This document shows positions 17,497-27,251 of a stretch of DNA of 32,000 nucleotides, in pieces. Numbering within the stretch: position 1 is the first letter of the stretch; each line of letters opens with the position of its first letter. Both the position numbers and the translations under genes were made by a program. Under the pieces are notes generated by a model. That model had not been told where the DNA came from and searched no databases. It was given only the letters and a program-made list of their open reading frames with translations. Origin of the DNA: Mycobacterium tuberculosis H37Rv (lineage in GTDB: Bacteria; Actinomycetota; Actinomycetes; Mycobacteriales; Mycobacteriaceae); the NCBI RefSeq assembly GCF_000195955.2, contig NC_000962.3, forward strand, positions 600,001 through 632,000, written 5' to 3'.

Positions 17497-18272
17497 CCGG
17501 GTTCACCGAGATTGCCGCGGTGGGGCCACTGCTGGTGGCGGTGGGGGTATGTCTGCTGGCTGGTCTGGTGTCGTTCGCCTCACCATGTGTGGTGCCGCTG
17601 GTGCCCGGCTACCTGTCGTATCTGGCGGCCGTCGTTGGGGTGGACGAGCAGCTGCCGGCCGGCGTCGTCAAACCCCCGGTGGCTGCCCGCTGGCGGGTCG
17701 CCGGATCGGCGGCGCTGTTCGTGGCGGGGTTCACGACGGTGTTCGTGCTGGGCACCGTCGCCGTCTTGGGCATGACCACCACGCTGATCACGAATCAGCT
17801 GCTGCTGCAGCGGGTCGGAGGCGTGCTGATCGTCGTCATGGGCCTGGTGTTCGTGGGGTTCATCGGAGCCCTGCAGCGCCAGGCGAGGTTCACGCCGCGC
17901 CAGTTGACGAGCGTAGCGGGGGCGCCGGTGCTTGGCGCGGTGTTCGCGCTCGGCTGGACACCGTGCCTGGGGCCGACGCTGACCGGGGTGATCACCGTTG
18001 CCTCGGCCACCGAGGGTGCCAGCGTGGCGCGTGGGATCGTGCTGGTGATTGCCTATTGCCTGGGGCTGGGGATTCCGTTCGTGCTTTTGGCGTTCGGTTC
18101 GGCGTGGGCGGTGGCGGGCCTGGGCTGGCTGCGCCGGCACACCAGGGCCATCCAGATCTTCGGCGGGGCGCTGCTGATCGCGGTCGGTGCCGCGCTGGTC
18201 ACCGGGGTGTGGAACGACGTCGTGTCGTGGCTGCGCGACGCCTTCGTTTCCGACGTGAGGTTGCCGATTTGA
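17493..18272 (+). CDS. ccdA: Cytochrome c biogenesis protein CcdA (DsbD TM domain family)
   Basis: GLVSFASPCVVPLVPGYLSYLAAVVG and GFTPRQL..FALGWTPCLGPTLTGVITVAS; multiple TM segments. Confidence 0.95.
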   Translation: MTGFTEIAAVGPLLVAVGVCLLAGLVSFASPCVVPLVPGYLSYLAAVVGVDEQLPAGVVKPPVAARWRVAGSAALFVAGFTTVFVLGTVAVLGMTTTLITNQLLLQRVGGVLIVVMGLVFVGFIGALQRQARFTPRQLTSVAGAPVLGAVFALGWTPCLGPTLTGVITVASATEGASVARGIVLVIAYCLGLGIPFVLLAFGSAWAVAGLGWLRRHTRAIQIFGGALLIAVGAALVTGVWNDVVSWLRDAFVSDVRLPI

Positions 18273-18304
18273 GTGGGCAGGGTGCCGCGCAAAAGGCGCG
18301 CAAC

Positions 18305-19894
18305 ATGTGGCGGTCGTTGACGTCGATGGGCACCGCGCTGGTGCTGCTGTTTTTGCTCGCGCTGGCTGCCATACCCGGGGCCCTGCTGCCGCAGCGTGGC
18401 CTCAACGCCGCCAAGGTGGACGACTACCTGGCCGCGCACCCACTCATCGGTCCGTGGCTGGACGAGCTGCAGGCCTTCGACGTGTTCTCCAGCTTCTGGT
18501 TCACCGCCATCTACGTGCTGCTGTTCGTGTCCCTCGTCGGCTGTCTGGCCCCGCGGACGATCGAGCACGCCCGCAGCCTGCGGGCTACACCGGTCGCCGC
18601 CCCGCGCAACCTGGCCCGGCTGCCCAAGCACGCCCACGCCCGGCTGGCCGGCGAGCCCGCCGCCCTGGCCGCCACCATCACGGGCCGGCTGCGCGGCTGG
18701 CGCAGCATCACCCGGCAACAAGGCGACAGCGTGGAAGTCTCCGCCGAGAAGGGCTACCTGCGCGAGTTCGGCAACCTGGTGTTCCACTTCGCGCTGCTGG
18801 GTCTGCTGGTGGCGGTGGCCGTCGGCAAGCTGTTCGGCTACGAGGGCAACGTGATCGTGATAGCCGACGGCGGACCCGGTTTTTGTTCGGCGTCGCCGGC
18901 CGCGTTCGACTCGTTTCGCGCCGGCAACACCGTCGACGGCACGTCGTTGCACCCGATCTGTGTGCGGGTCAACAACTTCCAAGCGCACTACCTGCCGTCC
19001 GGGCAGGCCACCTCGTTCGCCGCCGACATCGACTATCAGGCCGACCCGGCCACTGCTGACCTGATCGCCAACAGCTGGCGGCCCTACCGGCTGCAGGTCA
19101 ATCACCCGCTGCGGGTCGGCGGCGACCGGGTGTACCTGCAGGGCCACGGCTATGCGCCCACCTTCACCGTGACGTTCCCGGACGGGCAGACCCGCACGTC
19201 GACCGTGCAGTGGCGACCCGACAACCCGCAGACCCTGCTGTCGGCGGGCGTCGTGCGCATCGACCCGCCGGCCGGCAGCTACCCCAACCCCGACGAGCGT
19301 CGCAAACACCAGATCGCCATCCAGGGCCTGCTGGCTCCCACCGAGCAGCTCGACGGCACCCTGCTGTCGTCGCGTTTCCCCGCGCTCAATGCCCCGGCGG
19401 TGGCCATCGACATCTACCGCGGCGACACCGGCCTGGACAGCGGGCGGCCCCAGTCGTTGTTCACCCTGGACCACCGGCTGATCGAGCAGGGCCGGCTGGT
19501 CAAGGAAAAGCGGGTCAACCTGCGCGCCGGTCAGCAAGTCCGCATCGACCAAGGCCCGGCGGCCGGCACGGTGGTCCGGTTCGACGGCGCGGTGCCGTTC
19601 GTCAACCTGCAGGTCTCCCACGACCCCGGCCAGTCCTGGGTGCTGGTCTTCGCAATCACGATGATGGCGGGACTGCTGGTGTCGCTGCTGGTGCGCAGGC
19701 GCCGGGTGTGGGCGCGGATCACGCCGACGACCGCGGGTACGGTAAACGTCGAGCTGGGCGGCCTGACGCGCACCGACAACTCCGGGTGGGGCGCCGAGTT
19801 CGAGCGGCTGACCGGGCGGTTGCTGGCGGGTTTTGAGGCGCGGTCCCCGGACATGGCCGAAGCGGCCGCAGGGACCGGAAGGGACGTCGATTGA
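18305..19894 (+). CDS. resB: ResB-like cytochrome c biogenesis protein (Rv0528-like)
   Basis: MWRSLTSMGTALVLLFLLALAAIPGALLPQRGLN, FSSFWFTAIYVLLFVSLVGCL, EKGYLREFGNLVFHFALLGLLVAVAVG; 529 aa. In-frame TTG at 18269, overlapping the ccdA TGA (adds LSGQGAAQKARN), is a plausible alternative start. Confidence 0.92.
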   Translation: MWRSLTSMGTALVLLFLLALAAIPGALLPQRGLNAAKVDDYLAAHPLIGPWLDELQAFDVFSSFWFTAIYVLLFVSLVGCLAPRTIEHARSLRATPVAAPRNLARLPKHAHARLAGEPAALAATITGRLRGWRSITRQQGDSVEVSAEKGYLREFGNLVFHFALLGLLVAVAVGKLFGYEGNVIVIADGGPGFCSASPAAFDSFRAGNTVDGTSLHPICVRVNNFQAHYLPSGQATSFAADIDYQADPATADLIANSWRPYRLQVNHPLRVGGDRVYLQGHGYAPTFTVTFPDGQTRTSTVQWRPDNPQTLLSAGVVRIDPPAGSYPNPDERRKHQIAIQGLLAPTEQLDGTLLSSRFPALNAPAVAIDIYRGDTGLDSGRPQSLFTLDHRLIEQGRLVKEKRVNLRAGQQVRIDQGPAAGTVVRFDGAVPFVNLQVSHDPGQSWVLVFAITMMAGLLVSLLVRRRRVWARITPTTAGTVNVELGGLTRTDNSGWGAEFERLTGRLLAGFEARSPDMAEAAAGTGRDVD

Positions 19895-20865
19895 ACACGC
19901 TGCACGTCAACGTCGGCCTGGCCCGCTACTCCGACTGGGCGTTCACCTCGGCCGTGGTGGCGCTGGTGGTCGCGCTGCTGCTGCTGGCGTTCGAGTTCGC
20001 CCAGGTTCGCGGTCGCGGACTCGCGCCGCTGGCCGTGCCGGCCGGATCGGTGGCCACCGATAGCGCTACCCCTGGGATCGTGGCGGACCAACGGCACCGG
20101 CCGTTCGACGAACGCGTCGGGCGGGGCGGGCTGGCCGTCGCCTATCTGGGCATCGGGCTACTGCTGGCGTGCGTCGTGCTGCGCGGCCTGGCCACCCAGC
20201 GGGTGCCGTGGGGCAACATGTACGAGTTCATCAACCTGACCTGCTTGTCCGGGCTCATCGCCGGCGCGGTCGTGCTGCGCCGTGCGCGATACCGGCCGCT
20301 GTGGGTCTTCCTGCTGGTCCCGGTGCTGATCCTGCTCACCGTGTCCGGACGCTGGCTCTACGCCAATGCCGCCCCGGTGATGCCGGCACTGCAGTCCTAC
20401 TGGCTGCCCATTCATGTGTCGGTGGTCAGCCTCGGTTCTGGGGTATTCCTGGTCGCCGGTGTCGCCAGCATCCTGTTCCTTGTGCGCACATCGCGGCTGG
20501 GTGAGCCAACCGGTGAAGGCGCGCTGGCGGGTATGGTGCGGCGGCTCCCCGATGCCCAAACCCTGGACGGAATCGCCTACCGGACCACGATCTTCGCCTT
20601 CCCCGTTTTCGGCTTCGGGGTGATATTCGGTGCCATCTGGGCCGAGGAAGCCTGGGGCCGCTACTGGGGCTGGGACCCCAAGGAGACGGTGTCCTTCGTC
20701 GCGTGGGTGGTGTACGCGGCGTACCTGCACGCGCGGTCAACGGCGGGTTGGCGGGACCGCAAGGCCGCCTGGATCAATGTCGCCGGCTTCGTGGCCATGG
20801 TCTTCAATCTGTTCTTCGTTAACCTGGTGACCGTCGGCCTGCACTCGTATGCGGGCGTGGGCTGA
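19891..20865 (+). CDS. ccsA: Cytochrome c assembly protein CcsA/ResC
   Basis: Signature WGNMYEF and WGRYWGWDPKETVSFVAWVVYAAYLHARST; start (TTG) overlaps the upstream TGA. Confidence 0.95.
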   Translation: MNTLHVNVGLARYSDWAFTSAVVALVVALLLLAFEFAQVRGRGLAPLAVPAGSVATDSATPGIVADQRHRPFDERVGRGGLAVAYLGIGLLLACVVLRGLATQRVPWGNMYEFINLTCLSGLIAGAVVLRRARYRPLWVFLLVPVLILLTVSGRWLYANAAPVMPALQSYWLPIHVSVVSLGSGVFLVAGVASILFLVRTSRLGEPTGEGALAGMVRRLPDAQTLDGIAYRTTIFAFPVFGFGVIFGAIWAEEAWGRYWGWDPKETVSFVAWVVYAAYLHARSTAGWRDRKAAWINVAGFVAMVFNLFFVNLVTVGLHSYAGVG

Positions 20866-20906
20866 CCGTTCGTCTGCAACCGACCCGAGGACCGCAGCAA
20901 GGGGGA

Positions 20907-22124
20907 GTGCTGGTGACCGAGCATCCGAGGACGGGCGTGGGAGCCCCCGATAGCGGCAACGGCGGCACGGATCATCCGACCGTGCAGTTGCCGCCCGTGC
21001 CATCCGTGGGGGCACCACCGGCTGCGGCCGGTGGTGAAACACCGACTAGGTCAGTTGCGGGATTCCGCACCCAGCGGCTCGACCCGACGGCCTACGGCGC
21101 CTACTACAGCGGCCCCGATGAGGGCCCGGCCAGCCCGGCTGAAAGGCCGCCGTATCGTCTCGAGCCGGTGCCCCATACGCCGTATCCGGAACTGGCCACC
21201 ACCACGCTGCTGAGGCCGGTCAAGCCGCCACCGTCGGAAGGCTGGCGTCGGTTGCTCTATCTGCTGTCGGGTCGGCTGATCAACGCCGGGGAAGGCCCTC
21301 GGGCCGCGCACCTCAACGACCTGGTCGCTCAGGTCAACCGCCCGCTGCGCGGCTGCTACCGGATCGCGGTGTTGTCGTTGAAAGGGGGTGTCGGCAAGAC
21401 CACGATCACCGCGACCCTGGGGGCCACCTTTGCCGACCTGCGCGGTGACCGGGTTGTCGCGGTCGACGCCAATCCCGACCGCGGCACACTGAGCCAAAAG
21501 GTCCCGCTCGAGACGCCGGCCACGGTGCGGCACCTGCTGCGCGACGCCGACGGCATCGAGCGCTACAGCGACGTTCGCGGCTACACATCGAAGGGACCCA
21601 GCGGGCTGGAAGTGCTGGCATCGGACAGTGATCCGGCCTCCTCGGACGCATTCAGCGCCGACGACTACACCCGCACCCTGGACATTCTGGAGCGGTTCTA
21701 CGGCCTGGTGCTCACCGACTGCGGTACCGGGTTGCTGCACTCGGCGATGTCGGCGGTTCTGCCTAGGTCCGACGTACTGGTCGTGGTCAGCTCGGGGTCC
21801 ATCGACGGCGCCCGCAGCGCCGCGGCGACGCTGGACTGGCTGCAGGCCCACGGCCACGACGACCAGGTGCGCAACTCGATCGCCGTCGTCAACGCGGTGC
21901 GGCCGCGCGCGGGCAAGGTCGACGTGGGCAAGGTCGTCGAGCACTTCTCCAGGCGTTGCCGTGCGGTGCGCGTGGTGCCGTTCGACCCACACCTCGAAGA
22001 AGGCGCCGAAATCGCGCTGGATCGGTTGCGGCGGGAGACCCGCGAAGCGCTCACCGAACTGGCAGCGGTGGTGGCCGCTGGATTCCCCGGCGACCCGCGG
22101 CGCTGCAAACCGAGCTTCACCTAG
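20907..22124 (+). CDS. ParA/MinD-like P-loop ATPase with Pro-rich N-terminus (Rv0530-like)
   Basis: RIAVLSLKGGVGKTTITATLGATFADLRGDRVVAVDANPDRGTLSQKV; GLVLTDCGTGLLHSAM; 405 aa. Confidence 0.92.
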   Translation: MLVTEHPRTGVGAPDSGNGGTDHPTVQLPPVPSVGAPPAAAGGETPTRSVAGFRTQRLDPTAYGAYYSGPDEGPASPAERPPYRLEPVPHTPYPELATTTLLRPVKPPPSEGWRRLLYLLSGRLINAGEGPRAAHLNDLVAQVNRPLRGCYRIAVLSLKGGVGKTTITATLGATFADLRGDRVVAVDANPDRGTLSQKVPLETPATVRHLLRDADGIERYSDVRGYTSKGPSGLEVLASDSDPASSDAFSADDYTRTLDILERFYGLVLTDCGTGLLHSAMSAVLPRSDVLVVVSSGSIDGARSAAATLDWLQAHGHDDQVRNSIAVVNAVRPRAGKVDVGKVVEHFSRRCRAVRVVPFDPHLEEGAEIALDRLRRETREALTELAAVVAAGFPGDPRRCKPSFT

Positions 22125-22282
22125 GAACGGTTATTGTCCCCGTGCCCCAACCGCCGCAGGAACTCTGGATCGTCGTCGGGCCCGATGACGCGAGTCTTGG
22201 GCCGGTTCATCTGTGCCCGTGCAGCGCGCCAGCCAAGGTAGATCAGCGTCGCCAAAATCAGCACGAGGAGCAGGTAGAGCAC
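22121..22282 (-). CDS. Small single-TM protein, 53 aa
   Basis: Manual translation of the minus strand from GTG at 22282: VLYLLLVLILATLIYLGWRAARAQMNRPKTRVIGPDDDPEFLRRLGHGDNNRS*. Convergent 4-nt overlap with the ATPase stop; below the track's apparent 60-aa cut-off. Confidence 0.75.
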   Translation of the reverse strand: MLYLLLVLILATLIYLGWRAARAQMNRPKTRVIGPDDDPEFLRRLGHGDNNRS

Positions 22283-22328
22283 TCGACACCTCCTTGGACC
22301 GAATATACCCGCGCCGTAGGCTCAGGCT

Positions 22329-22646
22329 GTGTCAGAAGCGCCTAACGACAAGACCACTCGGGGTGTTGTCGACATACTGGTCTATGCGACGGCGCGGCTG
22401 CTGCTGGTGGTGGCGGTCAGCGCAGCGATTTTCGGGGTCGCGCGACTGATCGGGTTGACCGAATTCCCCGTTGTCGTGGCCACGCTGTTCGGGCTGATCA
22501 TCGCGATGCCGTTGGGCATTTGGGTGTTCAGCCCGCTGCGGCGGCGCGCCACGGCCGCGCTCGCGGTGGCCGGTGAGCGTCGGCGCGCCGAGCGGGAACG
22601 GCTGCGGGCCCGGCTGCGTGGCGAGTCGCTACCCGAAGAACAGTGA
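22329..22646 (+). CDS. Small membrane protein, DUF4229-like (Rv0531-like)
   Basis: 105 aa; TTRGVVDILVYATARLLLVVAVSAAIFGVARLIG and VATLFGLIIAMPLGIWVF; charged tail RRRAERERLRARLRG. Confidence 0.88.
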   Translation: MSEAPNDKTTRGVVDILVYATARLLLVVAVSAAIFGVARLIGLTEFPVVVATLFGLIIAMPLGIWVFSPLRRRATAALAVAGERRRAERERLRARLRGESLPEEQ

Positions 22647-22792
22647 GCGCGGGGCGCCTGGTAGTCGGCATTGTGCACAAGTGGGTTGGGCATTCAGCAC
22701 AGTGTTTGCGCTGATCGTGGCGATTCGCCTCGGCCGCGATTGGCGGCTCCTAACGTTGGCTGCACCGGGTGTGGGTTGCGGGAAGGTGTGCG

Positions 22793-24577
22793 ATGTCTAA
22801 TTTGCTGGTAACCCCGGAGCTGGTGGCGGCTGCGGCGGCGGATTTGGCGGGTATTGGGTCGGCTATCGGTGCGGCCAATGCGGCGGCCGGGGCCCCGACG
22901 ATGGCGCTGTTGGCCGCCGGTGCCGATGAGGTGTCGGCGGCGGTGGCGGCCGTGTTTTCCTCCTACGCCCAGCAATATCAGGCGCTGAGCGCTGCGGCGG
23001 CGGCGTTTCACGACCAGTTCGTGCGGGCGTTGGCCGCGGGTGCGGGTGCGTATGCGGGCGCCGAGGCCGCCAACGTGGAGCAGCAGTTGCTGAACGCGAT
23101 CAATGCGCCCACCCTCGCGTTGTTGGGGCGGCCGCTGATCGGCAACGGCGCCGACGGGGCGGCCGGGACCGGTCAGGCCGGCGGGGCAGGCGGGCTGTTG
23201 TACGGCAACGGCGGTAACGGCGGGTCGGGTGCGGCCGGGCAGGCCGGCGGGGCCGGCGGCGCCGCCGGGCTGATCGGCCACGGCGGGACCGGCGGGGCCG
23301 TCACCGGGGTCAGCACCACCGGCGGGCCGGGCGGTCACGGCGGTGACGCCGGCCTGTACGGGTTTGGCGGGGCCGGTGGCGCGGGTGGGTTCGGCCAGAG
23401 CGGGGCGGCCGGCGGGGCCGGTGGGGCCGGTGGGTGGTTGTACGGCGACGGCGGCGACGGCGGCGCAGGCGACAACGGCGGTAACGAGTCCGGCACCGGC
23501 GTCAGTGCCGTTGGGGGTGTGGGTGGGGCCGGTGGTGCTGGTGGGTTGTTGTTCGGTAACGGCGGCGACGGCGGCGTCGGCGGCGACGGCGGCGACGGCA
23601 GCAGCACCCAGGATTCCGGTGGTGATGGGGGTGCGGGTGGGGCCGGTGGTGCTGGTGGGTGGTTGCTTGGTAATGGGGGGGCCGGCGGGGCCGGCGGGGC
23701 CGCCTCAATCAAGGTTGCCACTGGTGGGCTGGGTGGTGATGGTGGCGATGCCGGGCTGTTCGGGTTTGGTGGGGACGGCGGCTGGGGCGGACGCGGAGTG
23801 GATGCTCGATTCGGTGCGGCTGGGGGTGCCGCTGGGGCCGGCGGTGCGGGCGGGTGGTTGTACGGCGATGGCGGCGCCGGCGGCGTCGGCGGTGTCGGCG
23901 GTGCTGTCTTCAGCCTTTCCTCCGGTGACGGCGGGGCCGGCGGGGCCGGTGGCGGTGGTGGGTGGTTGTTCGGTAACGGCGGCGACGGCGGCGCCGGTGG
24001 CGGCGGCGGTGGCCGCTTCGGCAGCGGCAGCGGTGCCGGTGGTGATGGGGCTGTCGGTGGGGCCGGTGGTGCGGGCGCGTGGTTCGGCAACGGTGGCGCC
24101 GGCGGCGTCGGCGGCGGCGGTGGCCGCGGCACCACCGCCATCGGTGGCGACGGGGGTGCCGGTGGGGCCGGTGGTGCGGGTGGGTGGTTGTACGGCGACG
24201 GCGGCGCCGGCGGTGCCGGCGGCGGTGGTGGCCGCGGCGGCACCGGCAACGATGGTGGCGACGGCGGGGACGGCGGCCGCGGCGGTGATGCCCAGCTGCT
24301 TGGCAACGGCGGTGACGGCGGGGCCGGCGGGGCCGGCGGGCCCGCCGGGTTGGCGCTTCCCCCGGGGCCGGCGCGGCCGGCGGGGGCGGCGGTGCCGGCG
24401 GTTCGCTGTTCGGCAGCCCCGGCACGACCGGCCCGCACGGCTGATCCCTGGCTAGCGCCGATCTTCGCGCGCTCAACCCTTCGGCATTCGCACCACCTGG
24501 GCGGCATAGCTCAGACCGGCGCCGTAGCCGATCAACAGGGCCAGATCGCCGGGCTTGGCCGCGCCGGTCGTCAGTAA
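22793..24577 (+). CDS. PE_PGRS6: PE_PGRS family protein
   Basis: PE domain [77 protein letters not shown]..., followed by long GGAGGAGG-type PGRS. The annotated 3' end appears frameshifted. Confidence 0.95.
23170..24441 (+). repeat. PGRS (polymorphic GC-rich repetitive) region of PE_PGRS6
   Basis: Degenerate tandem repetition of GGNGGN codon pairs (ggcggcgacggcgg, ggtggggccggtggt). Confidence 0.9.
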
Positions 24578-25480
24578 TTCGGCCATCGCGAGCGGAATGG
24601 AGGCCGCCGAGGTGTTTCCGGTGTGCTCGATATCGTTGGCGACCACCGCGTCGGGCCGCAACTGCAGGTTCTTGACCAGCAGCTCGTTGATGCGGCTATT
24701 GGCCTGATGAGGGACGAACACGTCTATCTGGTCGGGTCGCACCCCGGCGGCGTCCATCGCGCGCCGACCGACGTCGCCCATTTTGAACGCTGCCCAACGG
24801 AAGACCGCGGGACCTTCGAGCCGCACAAACGGGCGTGGGCCGCTGGGATTCTGGGCGAAAGTGATCCAGTCGATGTCCTGCCGTATGGCATCGGCCTGTT
24901 CGCCGTCGCTACCCGCCACGGTTGGTCCAATGCCTTGAAACGGTGTCTCGCCCACCACCACTGCGGCCGCGCCGTCGGCGAAGATGAAGCAGTTGCCGCG
25001 GTCGTACATGTCTATCGTGGGGGACAGTTTTTCCGTGCCGACCACCAGCATCGTGGCCGCACCTCCGCCCCGGATCATGTCGGCCGCTGCGCCAAGCGCA
25101 TATCCGAATCCGGCGCACCCCGCCGAAAGATCGAACCCGAGTATGCCCTTGGCGCCCAGCGACGCCGCGACCATTGGGGCGGCCGGCGGGGTTTGCAGGA
25201 AATGGGTGTTGGTGGTGACGATCACGCCATCGATGTCGGCCGCCGACAGGCCGGCGTTCGACAGTGCCCGTCGACAGGCCTCAGTCGCCATGGAAGCCGC
25301 CGACTCGTCGTCGGCGGCGAATCGGCGGGTCTTGATGCCGGTTCGGGTGTAGATCCACTCGTCGGACGAGTCGATGTGCTGGCATATCTCGTCGTTGGTG
25401 ACCACGCGTTCGGGCCGGTACGCCCCGACACTGAGCAGCCCGACGCTCCTGGCGCCGCTGGTCGTGGCGATCTCCGTCAT
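24473..25480 (-). CDS. fabH: Beta-ketoacyl-ACP synthase III
   Basis: [43 protein letters not shown]; [13 protein letters not shown] catalytic Cys; VPHQANSRI; [11 protein letters not shown]; 335 aa. Confidence 0.97.
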
Positions 25481-25500
25481 ACCCGTCCTATCTGTTCTCG

Positions 25501-25559
25501 TCGAGTGTGCACCTACGGCGACGACACGCCGACGGAGCCCGCCCTGAGTGCACGTTCGA
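25501..25559 (+). repeat. Intergenic imperfect palindromic element, copy 2
   Basis: Left arm TCGAGTGTGCAC (25501-25512), right arm GTGCACGTTCGA (25548-25559), 10/12 complementary. Core CGACACGCCGAC (25522-25533) is identical to copy 1. Confidence 0.7.
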
Positions 25560-25561
25560 AG

Positions 25562-26440
25562 TTAGCTCAACTGACCAAACGCCAATGCCCCCGCCACCGC
25601 CAACGCCCACACCAGCATGGCCAGCCCAGTGTCACGCAGTACCGGGATCAGCTCGCGCCCGCCGCGCCCGGATCGCACCGGTCCGGCAGCGCGCAGCGCC
25701 AAAGGCGCGGCCACCAAGCCCACCACACACCACGGCGTGGCCAGCATTAGCACGAACGTCAGCACCCCGGCGACCGCCAGCAGGCCCTGGTAAAGCATCC
25801 GGGTCCGGGCGTCTCCCAGCCGCACCGCCAGCGTGATCTTGTCGGCCCGCGCGTCGGTGGGGATGTCGCGCAGGTTGTTGGCCACCAGCACCGAGCACGA
25901 CAACGCACCCGTTGCTACCGCCTGTGCCAGCCCCACCCAGTCCACCCGCAATGCCTGCGTGTACTGGGTACCGAGCACGGCGACCGGCCCGAAGAACACA
26001 AACACCGCCAGTTCGCCGAAGCCCGCATAGCCGTAGGGTTTTGACCCGCCGGTGTAGAGCCAGGCCCCGGCGATGCAGATCGCACCCACCGCAATCAGCC
26101 ACGGCGCGCTGAGCAGCGCCAAAACCAGCCCGGCCAGCGCACCGAGCGCCAGGCTCGTCATGGCAGCGGTCAGCACCGAGCGCGGGGTCGCCAGCCGCGA
26201 GCCCACCAACCGCACCGGACCCACCCTGTCGTCATCGGTGCCGCGGATGCCGTCGGAGTAGTCATTGGCGTAATTGACCCCAATGACCAGCGCCACCGCA
26301 ACAGCCAGTGCCAACAGCGCTTTCCACCACACGGCCGCGTGCAGCCAGGCCGCGGCGCCGGTGCCGGCAACCACTGGCGCGATCGCGTTCGGCAGCGTTC
26401 GGGGCCGCGCGCCGGAGACCCACTGTGCGAAACTGGCCAC
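25562..26440 (-). CDS. menA: 1,4-dihydroxy-2-naphthoate octaprenyltransferase
   Basis: [32 protein letters not shown]...; [26 protein letters not shown] prenyltransferase motif; [24 protein letters not shown]. Confidence 0.95.
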
Positions 26441-26456
26441 CAGGGCATCCTGCCCT

Positions 26457-27251
26457 ATGCACAACAATGGGCGCATGCTCGGAGTGATCGGCGGCAGCGG
26501 CTTCTACACCTTCTTTGGGTCGGACACCCGCACAGTCAATTCGGACACCCCCTACGGTCAACCCAGCGCCCCGATCACGATCGGCACCATCGGGGTGCAC
26601 GACGTCGCGTTCTTGCCCCGCCACGGCGCCCATCACCAGTACTCGGCGCACGCCGTGCCGTATCGGGCCAACATGTGGGCGCTGCGCGCGCTTGGTGTGC
26701 GGCGGGTCTTCGGGCCGTGTGCGGTCGGCAGCCTGGACCCTGAACTCGAGCCCGGCGCGGTCGTGGTGCCCGATCAGCTGGTCGACCGCACCAGCGGCCG
26801 CGCCGACACCTATTTCGACTTCGGCGGTGTCCATGCCGCCTTCGCCGATCCGTACTGCCCCACGCTGCGGGCCGCGGTGACCGGCCTGCCCGGTGTTGTC
26901 GACGGCGGCACCATGGTGGTGATCCAGGGTCCGCGGTTTTCCACCCGCGCGGAAAGCCAGTGGTTCGCCGCTGCCGGGTGCAATCTGGTCAACATGACCG
27001 GCTATCCCGAGGCGGTGCTGGCTCGCGAACTCGAATTATGCTACGCAGCAATCGCTTTGGTGACAGATGTGGATGCCGGCGTCGCTGCTGGCGATGGCGT
27101 GAAAGCCGCCGACGTGTTCGCCGCATTCGGGGAGAACATCGAACTGCTCAAAAGGCTGGTGCGGGCCGCCATCGATCGGGTCGCCGACGAGCGCACGTGC
27201 ACGCACTGTCAACACCACGCCGGTGTTCCGTTGCCGTTCGAGCTGCCATGA
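26457..27251 (+). CDS. mtnP: S-methyl-5'-thioadenosine/purine nucleoside phosphorylase
   Basis: [80 protein letters not shown]; 264 aa. Confidence 0.94.
   Translation: MHNNGRMLGVIGGSGFYTFFGSDTRTVNSDTPYGQPSAPITIGTIGVHDVAFLPRHGAHHQYSAHAVPYRANMWALRALGVRRVFGPCAVGSLDPELEPGAVVVPDQLVDRTSGRADTYFDFGGVHAAFADPYCPTLRAAVTGLPGVVDGGTMVVIQGPRFSTRAESQWFAAAGCNLVNMTGYPEAVLARELELCYAAIALVTDVDAGVAAGDGVKAADVFAAFGENIELLKRLVRAAIDRVADERTCTHCQHHAGVPLPFELP

Noticed and set aside
17330-18304. Upstream portion of the 854-aa ORF ending at 19894
   Set aside because: It overlaps resA and ccdA out of frame; only the part from 18305 (or 18269) onward is ResB.
18053-19621. 522-aa minus-strand ORF antisense to resB
   Set aside because: High-GC antisense open frame opposite a well-supported ResB; His/Gln/Arg-rich low-complexity product without motifs.
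23335-24507. 390-aa Pro-rich minus-strand ORF, plus several long plus-strand alternative-frame ORFs over the PGRS
   Set aside because: Shadow ORFs produced by GGN/GCC repeats of PE_PGRS6; composition mirrors the sense repeat and there is no independent domain.
25507-25836. 109-aa plus-strand ORF starting in the fabH-menA gap
   Set aside because: It runs through the palindromic repeat and antisense to menA; Pro/Ala/Arg-rich with no motif.
26960-27247. 5' extension of the track ORF 26960-28288 upstream of the GalE-like start
   Set aside because: [13 protein letters not shown] at 27248 is the natural Rossmann start, and the extension overlaps the mtnP coding sequence in another frame.
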